Shown: piece after piece, positions 62,815 to 64,000 of the stretch
How the letters are laid out: each line of letters opens with the position of its first letter
How positions within the stretch are numbered: the first letter of the stretch is position 1
Source: an uncultured Terriglobus sp.
GTDB taxonomy: Bacteria > Acidobacteriota > Terriglobia > Terriglobales > Acidobacteriaceae
Assembly (NCBI GenBank): GCA_964246795.1
Contig: CAXTRR010000013.1
Span: 2,895 to 66,894 of the forward strand
DNA: 64,000 nt
Direction: 5' to 3'
The notes under the pieces: generated by a model
Databases searched by the model: none
Told to the model about the DNA's origin: nothing
Seen by the model: only the letters and a program-made list of their open reading frames with translations
Position numbers and translations under genes: made by a program

Positions 62815-64000
62815 AAAGACGAGTGAATCGATTGCGAAGCAGAGTTCCTCTGAACATCTTCTGGGCAGCCATCTGGCTGCCCTTCTTTTTTGGCGCGGAG
62901 TTGATTCAAACACCCGTGACGCTGGCGCAGACGGGCGGTCTGCCCGCAGCGATGAGCGGCGATTGCACGACCTCCGCCGCAGGTGTGGTGACGTGCACGA
63001 AGAGCAACGGCGCCGCGCTGGCACCGAGCGCGACGACGGACACAACGAATGCCGCAAACATCGGCGCGGGTACGCTGCCTTCCGCGCGGCTGGCTGTGGG
63101 AACCGCGGGTACGCTGCCGGCCTACACGGTGGGCGGCCTGCTGCAACCGGCGGCCGCGGCACCCTTCAGCGCAAATGCAGGCCCGGTGAAGGCAGCGCCC
63201 TTCAGTGTGAGCGCGCAGAGCTCTGCGGGACCGGCGGTGCTGGGGCCGAGCGGCGGCGACACAAGCTTCCGCTATGCCAACATCGCCAATGGCGCTCGGC
63301 TGATTGCGGGCGGCAGCGTCTCACAGGTGAAGACGTTTGTGAACAGCGTGAGCGGTGTGAGCGCGCTGTATTTCGAGCTGTGGCGCGTGAACGGCTCCGG
63401 AACGTTCAGCCTGGTGGGCCGGTCACAAAACCTGCTGAGCGCGACGACAGCGGGCACGGCAAATACTTACACGCTGACGACGCCAATTGCGGCACGCGCG
63501 GGCGACTATCCGGCGATGTACCTGGAGGGCAGCTTCAGCGCGACGACGAATGTATTCTCCGCGCCGACGGGACTGGCTTCTTCGGTGTATCCGTCGTACA
63601 ACGTGCGCAACGCGGGTATGACCTCGACGATGGACTTTGTCGGCGGTACGACGAGCGCGATTGCGCCGTATGTGAATTACGAGAACCCGATCGAGGTGTA
63701 CCTGAGCGCAGGCCCGGTGGTGGCCTGGCTGGGGGATTCCAAGGCGGCAGGCACGCCCAGCAGCGGGGACTACCTGCAGGCGGGCGGATACAACGGAACG
63801 TGGGTTTTCCCCATGGCGCCGGTGCTGACGCCTTCGTCGACTGGCAGCGCGGCCGCGGTGGGCACGTCACTCATTGATGCAGGGAACCAGCCGTGCACTT
63901 ACCTGCAGCGCACGCTGGGGTACAGCTGCGCGAACTTTGGCGCGCCGGGTGCCACGACGGCACAGCTGCTGAGCAATGTGCTGCCGGCCGCGCTGGCGGC
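62811..64000 (+). CDS. Exported protein with tail-fibre-like N-module and C-terminal SGNH esterase domain (partial; runs off the window)
   Basis: GTG 62811 overlaps the previous stop (GTGA). I translated the frame by hand to 64000 with no stop. Signal MKRRVNRLRSRVPLNIFWAAIWLPFFFGA. LAPSATTDTTNAANIGAGTLPSARL is shared with the upstream protein. SGNH block I VVAWLGDSKAAG (GDS 63732-63740) and block II NFGAPGATT. Confidence 0.7.
   Translation, partial: MKRRVNRLRSRVPLNIFWAAIWLPFFFGAELIQTPVTLAQTGGLPAAMSGDCTTSAAGVVTCTKSNGAALAPSATTDTTNAANIGAGTLPSARLAVGTAGTLPAYTVGGLLQPAAAAPFSANAGPVKAAPFSVSAQSSAGPAVLGPSGGDTSFRYANIANGARLIAGGSVSQVKTFVNSVSGVSALYFELWRVNGSGTFSLVGRSQNLLSATTAGTANTYTLTTPIAARAGDYPAMYLEGSFSATTNVFSAPTGLASSVYPSYNVRNAGMTSTMDFVGGTTSAIAPYVNYENPIEVYLSAGPVVAWLGDSKAAGTPSSGDYLQAGGYNGTWVFPMAPVLTPSSTGSAAAVGTSLIDAGNQPCTYLQRTLGYSCANFGAPGATTAQLLSNVLPAALA

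Noticed and set aside
1-64000. Looked for CRISPR repeats, rRNA, tRNA, transposase or integrase genes, terminal inverted repeats and selenocysteine or programmed-frameshift signals.
   Set aside because: None was found. The release factor present is prfA, which has no programmed frameshift, and the only repeats are those reported.

Overview
High-GC (hand counts ~60-63% in housekeeping genes) bacterial chromosomal segment. Its gene content looks like Acidobacteriota (Terriglobia-type), which is inference from content only: two >1100-aa TonB-dependent receptors with N-terminal carboxypeptidase-regulatory domains and no SusD partner, Tat-exported Gfo/Idh/MocA oxidoreductases, and many exported hypothetical proteins. 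Recognisable housekeeping genes are greA, yceD-rpmF, prfA, ruvA and katG. Other recognisable content: an RND efflux operon at the left edge, a TetR-SDR operon, ROK and LacI regulators, a LacI-TBDR-GH39-GH144 glycan locus, a CrtI-family desaturase and a CPA2 antiporter. I saw no rRNA, tRNA, CRISPR array, transposase or integrase. Candidates worth follow-up, best first: (1) 53.7-57.5 kb, a Dlt-like trio of DltD-like SGNH protein, DltC-like carrier protein and a FabH-fold enzyme with the catalytic Cys replaced by Ser. It has no adenylase or MBOAT nearby, while the only MBOAT (5.0-6.4 kb) is paired with a paralogue of the SGNH protein. (2) 57.8-64.0 kb, Sec-signal-bearing phage-tail-fibre-like giant proteins, the second with an SGNH esterase domain, behind a translationally coupled zinc-ribbon/sigma-region-4-like pair and a UUCG-tetraloop attenuator. 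(3) 24.0-26.5 kb, a low-GC three-gene island: secreted Cys-rich protein, unknown protein, nucleotidyltransferase. (4) A ~1 kb non-coding gap upstream of yceD holding a near-consensus sigma-54 promoter and an intrinsic terminator ~195 nt apart on the minus strand (candidate sRNA). Also noted: an orphan-like VapC with a truncated antitoxin after rpmF, a decayed Fic gene, REP-like palindromic elements, and a disordered basic/Q-N-G-rich protein with an atypical receiver domain. All family assignments come from reading the translations by eye; no database search was run.
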